DNA of 63,098 nt, counting the filler, from Saprolegnia diclina VS20 (taxonomy: Eukaryota), in the NCBI RefSeq assembly GCF_000281045.1. It is 5 parts of 4 records of this genome, joined end to end, with 100 filler letters (N's around TTAATTAATTAA, not from the genome) between each part and the next. Parts side by side here need not be neighbours in the genome. Positions count along the whole stretch, not along the records: positions 53,534 to 59,234 come from NW_008246225.1; positions 59,335 to 63,098 come from NW_008246229.1; 3 more parts are not named here. The stretch is one strand, 5' to 3'. The stretch's first letter is position 1. Every line of letters starts with the position of its first letter. This document shows positions 58,960 through 63,098 of the stretch, in pieces. Below the pieces are notes generated by a model, which did not search any database, was not told the origin of the DNA, and saw only the letters and a program-made list of their open reading frames with translations. Both the position numbers and the translations under genes were made by a program.

Positions 58960-59234
58960 TGACGACAAGAAGAGCAACCCATCGCCGTCAACTGTGCTTG
59001 ACGTACTCGGACGAACGTGTCAAGACCCGCACTGAGAAGGGTCTGCAAGGCATGCTCTCGCAACTCCACGAGCTCGACGCCAATACGACCAACGCCCAGT
59101 TGCTACAAAAGGCGCTGCGCTACCGCCGCCGAACGCACGAGGAGCTCCAGACGAAAAGCACATCCGACGTTGCTGCACGCTTTGATATCTCTTGGCACAA
59201 GGAGCTCCAGACGAAAAGCACATCCGACGTTGCT
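58960..59234 (+). pseudogene. Small protein type B copy lacking the ATG
   Basis: TGTGACGACAAGAAG here vs TGTGACCATGTCGTCGACAAGAAG in copy 1. The frame is otherwise open to VAARFDISWHK, with a 60-nt-period duplication at the end. Confidence 0.6.
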
Positions 59235-62200
59235 NNNNNNNNNNNNNNNNNNNNNNNNNNNNNNNNNNNNNNNNNNNNTTAATTAATTAANNNNNNNNNN
59301 NNNNNNNNNNNNNNNNNNNNNNNNNNNNNNNNNNCCGCATCTTGCACTAAAGAAGGCACTAATAACAATCGATTTGTGCGAGCCGAAGCTCGAAAGCGAT
59401 AAACGGGTTCACACACTATTTGCGTGCAGAAAGTCTCCTATATGAATAGCAAGGGTTAGGGCTAAAAGCCCGCACATAGAACTTGGGCGAACCTTCGACT
59501 CCCGTTGCAAATTTTTCTCTATCACAGCGTTTGATTGGCTAAAAACCTAAAACAATACCAGGAATCACCAAAGGTGATTGGACGACGGAAATAGTGTTAA
59601 GTGAAGCTCCGATACGAACGCCGATACCAGCGGGTGCAACAAGGAGCGAGCTCCGGCAATCGGGGCTGTGTAGGAAGCATGCTAGGCGACACCAACGTCA
59701 CACAATGCAGGACATATATTCAATTTACGCCTAGATAGGCCCGGGCTTCCTCGAGCGCTTGGATCTGCTGCGCGCGTGACAGCAAGGCCCACCGTTCTTC
59801 GCAAGACTCGAGGTCCGACTGCCCACCCTTCCTGGTGATGATGACGTGGGCGCACGACGCATCACACGTGCGGCGATCACACGTGCGGCGATGCTTCTTG
59901 TGCAGGGCGCGTAGGTGTCTTGCGTAAAAACCGACTTCGCATGCGTCGGCAAGCTTGGAAGGGTCCCGCGGGTGATGGTCGGTTGGCTTCTTGCAGCTCG
60001 GGCACTGCCGCTGTCGGCGCGCGCGCTTTGCCCGCTCGTCTGCTGGAGGCTTTGGCGATGGCGCGGCAACTTCAACTTCGCGCGTCGTTGCACGGTTGAC
60101 AGCGATGGGCTTCACGAGCTGGATGGGAGCCACATCACAAAGCCCCGTAGGCGACGAGTGTTGAGCCAGTGGGCGCTGGGCGCTCTGCAGAGCTGCAGTA
60201 GTAATGGCCGCTGGTTGAGAGTTGACGGACGACGAGAAGCCTTTGCGTGTCTCTCTCATTTCGTCCAGACCTTCACGAGTGCCGCCGTGAGCTGCGGCGA
60301 CCTCGATGGCAGCGAGGAAGGCCTTGCAAGCCGCCTTGATGTGCTTGGCGTCCTTGTAGCGGATCGTATCGATGAAATAGATCTTTTCGTTGTACCGAAC
60401 GTAGTTCTGGCCCGCCGAGATAGCATAGAGCAGAAGAGAGTTCCACTCCATGGCCATCTTGCTCGTCTTCGCGTGCTCGATCTTGTGCTCCATGGACTTG
60501 TCAGTCTTTGGGTAGAACCCCGGGAGCATGGCCTTGAAGAGCTCGTCCTCGATGCCGTCCGCGACAAAGGTAGGTAGCTCGTGAAGGCTCATGCGACGCG
60601 CGAGCCACTTTGCACTGGCTGACATCTTGATCTTAGCCGCTCTTGCAACAAAGCCTGGAGTCTCGAGCAGGTCCTTGATCGAGCTTGGCGTAACATTCGC
60701 GCCCATTTTGCGGATGTGGGCCTCGACGGCGAGCCCCGTCTCCGATGTGCGCAGCGGCCGCGCCAGACCGAAGAGCTCCTTCTCCAGCGACGGTGTCTCG
60801 CCACTCGGCCAATGAGGCTCGATTGTGGTGTAGCCCGAAAAGCACGCAGGTACCGCAAGGCCAAGCTCGGTGCTGAGCGAGATGATGTTGGTAACGAGCG
60901 CGAGGTCGACGCTGCAGACAAAAACCTCGCGCTTGGCCAAATGCCGGCTCTTGTGCATGTTCCAGCGGCTGATGCGATCCAAGAGGAGGATGTGGAGCAG
61001 CTCGTAGGACCCGTTAAACCCGTGGAAGCAAGCTTGGAGGAACTTGTGCAAGGACTCGAGCTGCGAGGACGACCGGAACGTCACGTAGTGGGGGTCTCCG
61101 TCGGGGTTGATGTTGGCATGCATGGTTTCGTTGGGCGGGTCCGTCAGCTTGCCTTGCTCGAGCTGCTTGAGAATGGCCAAGTGCAGCTTCTCAAAGCCAC
61201 TCTTGAACAAGTCTTTCCCTCGGTACTGTTGCACAGCAGCCTCGAGTCGTTCCGCTATCGCCGCGCGTGCATCGTCGGGTACATAGGTACGCACGGAGCG
61301 GTGCGACCGGAAGAACGCCGGCGTAAGCTTGTCGACGTCAACGCCCTTGTCACGGAGTTTTGCCGTGAGGGCGTCAACGTCGTCTTGATCGAGCGAGAAG
61401 AACGCGTTGGCGACGTTCGCCATGAACAAAGATCGGAGCGGCATGCTCGAGCACTCACGAAAGTACTCTTGCAGCACGTGGAAGAGGTCGCGCCTGACGG
61501 CGGCCTCCGGGAATTTGTCCAAGAGGAAAGCCTCGTCTGAGTCGGGGTTGTCGATCCAAATCCCCTTGATATCGCCGAGCCGCGCCTTGAGCATCTCGAT
61601 CTCCTTCTCGATCTCTTTCAGGCTCTTCGACCGCGTGACCCAGAACCCGACGACCTCGCTGAGCTGGTTCATCATGGTAAAGACCGCTGTAAAGCCCTGC
61701 TTGCCGTCAGCGTCTCGCCCGTGCTTCGCAACGAAAAACGTATGGTCGCCGCACAGGTGCTCCGCCGTCGTCGCTGCTATGGCCGCTTGCTGCAGCGCCT
61801 CCAAGCGACGCATTTCGCCGCAGTAGATGTCGCGCACTAGGCCTGGACCAACGAGCGGGAAGCGCAAGCAGTGGCCAAACGAAGGAAAGGCGACGATCGG
61901 GTTGGAGTTGGTAAAAAGACCCGGAGACCTGAGCCACTGGTAATGTACAGCAGGTAGCAGAGCTGCGCGTGCGCATAATGCTCAACCAACGTAGCCTTCT
62001 GCAGCGACGCAATCTGGGCGAAGCTGGCGCCGCTCACCTTCGATTCATGCACTTGGCGCGCAAACGCCGTCGAGATGACCGTCTTCTGACGTATCTGGAA
62101 CGGATACAGGCGCTCACGCACCACAGGCGGCAACGCAGCAATAAGATGCGAGTTGAGGGCCGAGAACGACGTATGCTTTCGGCCACGAGCGGCGGCAGAC

Positions 62201-62627
62201 GAGCAGTCGCGGTGCATGTAACGACGTGCCTTGATAAGCATGTTACAGTCGAGGTCGACAACCGGGCGAAAGCTCTCGCTCCATCCATGCATCGAGATGC
62301 GGTTGCTACCACATGACGGGCACTGGATCGGGTGCGCGGCCAAATACGCCGCCGCAAAGGTCATCGGGCAAACAACGACGATCGAGCTCCGAGAAAGAAG
62401 AAAGTCCGCGGGCGATGCATTCGAGCTCATGGGCACAGATGGAAACGGAAATACATTACTCGACAGCGCTTGGTGCTGGCCTGTGGCTACGGCGTGCTGC
62501 GAGCGAGGCAGCTTCGTCGCTTTGATCTTGGTCCAGAACACGTTCATTGCCGCGAGGCACATGTGGTCGAGCGGCTTGCTCGGTAGCGTCGTGGTATCGT
62601 TTAGGTCGCCATCTCCTTCTGCCTCGG

Positions 62628-62715
62628 CAGCGCCTTCGGGTCCGAGATCGTGTTCAGCGCCTTCGGGTCCGAGATCGTGTTCAGCGCCTTCGGGTCCGAG
62701 ATCGTGTTCAGCGCC
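62628..62715 (-). repeat. 27-bp coding tandem repeat x3 (GAEHDLGPE)
   Basis: CAGCGCCTTCGGGTCCGAGATCGTGTT repeated in frame. Confidence 0.9.
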
Positions 62716-62989
62716 ATCGGAAACAACGACGTCGTCGTCAACGTCCTGTACGTCACCCTCATCGATTTGGTCGACGTCAGTGGGTCGGTTTGCGTCGCTT
62801 GTCACGCGCCGAACCAATGCGACCGGGGTGAATCGAAGCCTGTTGCGCGGAGCGTAGATGCAGTGCGCCGTGTGCTGGGGGCCGATTTTGCAAGCACAGC
62901 ACACTTGCCTGCCATTCGGCAAGGTGATACGCGTCGACGGGTCCGGGCGGTTTGGACGGATCTGCCGGCGCCGATGTGTTGGCTTGGTG

Positions 62990-63098
62990 GGCGCGGGCGA
63001 GGTGGGCGCGGTCGGCGCTGTCGAGGTCGGCGCTGTCGAGGTCGGCGCTGTCGAGGTCGGTGTGGTCGAGGTCGGCGCTGTCGAGGTGGGCGCGGGCG
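62990..63098 (-). repeat. 15-bp coding tandem repeat (TSTAP)n
   Basis: GGTCGGCGCTGTCGA repeats keep the transposase frame open to the window end. Confidence 0.85.

Larger units (their letters stand above)
53534..59234. repeat. Array of ~1.1-kb head-to-head two-gene units (3 direct units plus 1 inverted partial)
   Basis: Mutually similar blocks at 53534-54629, ~54947-56230 and 58195-59234, and an inverted block at ~56980-57330. Confidence 0.88.
59720..63098 (-). mobile_element. Zisupton/KDZ-like transposase (DUF6729-type N-domain plus DDE-like core), one frameshift near 61943; 5' end beyond window
   Basis: CPSC..GW..RPVVDL..RRY..LIAALP..YPF, then CGDHTF, MNQLSEVV, WIDN, RDLFH, RSSSQLESLH, WN..YKDAKHI and a C-terminal CxxC. 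This is the motif order I recall for Zisupton-type transposases. Confidence 0.68.

Noticed and set aside
59450..59470. AGGGTTAGGGCT telomere-like sequence
   Set aside because: Only about two units, which is too short to call an interstitial telomere.
62628..63098. Regular short repeats as a possible CRISPR array
   Set aside because: Head-to-tail in-frame coding repeats with no unique spacers, in a eukaryotic context with no cas genes.

Overview
Eukaryotic, intron-containing, GC-rich DNA. Gene families, very short introns and TCAYTYY/CAWTTT core promoters point to an oomycete, probably Saprolegniales (inferred). It is a draft scaffold with several N gaps. 1-15.7 kb: an internally deleted pogo/Tc1-type transposon, then six intronless secreted chymotrypsin-fold proteases with V8/glutamyl-endopeptidase-like motifs and 0, 0, 0, 1, 2 and 2 C-terminal ricin-B lectin domains. 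16-29 kb: mostly housekeeping genes (DUF4833-like protein, membrane-anchored atypical TKL kinase, CRAL-TRIO protein, PEX7, two Cys/His-repeat zinc-finger genes, a DHRS12-like SDR, a frameshifted membrane protein). 29.5-49.7 kb: a fast-evolving repeat-protein block with two divergent ankyrin-repeat kinases built roughly one repeat per phase-0 exon, decayed ANK/kinase relics, an LRR protein, a long EF-hand-like gene, and a TPR-zinc-finger gene with an inverted relic. An AAAP transporter follows. 53.5-59.2 kb: an array of head-to-head pairs of small (~90 aa) putative HTH genes with canonical core promoters and CCAAT boxes, interrupted by a double hairpin. 59.7-63.1 kb: a frameshifted Zisupton/KDZ-like (DUF6729-type) transposase. 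All assignments come from reading the sequence; no searches were run.
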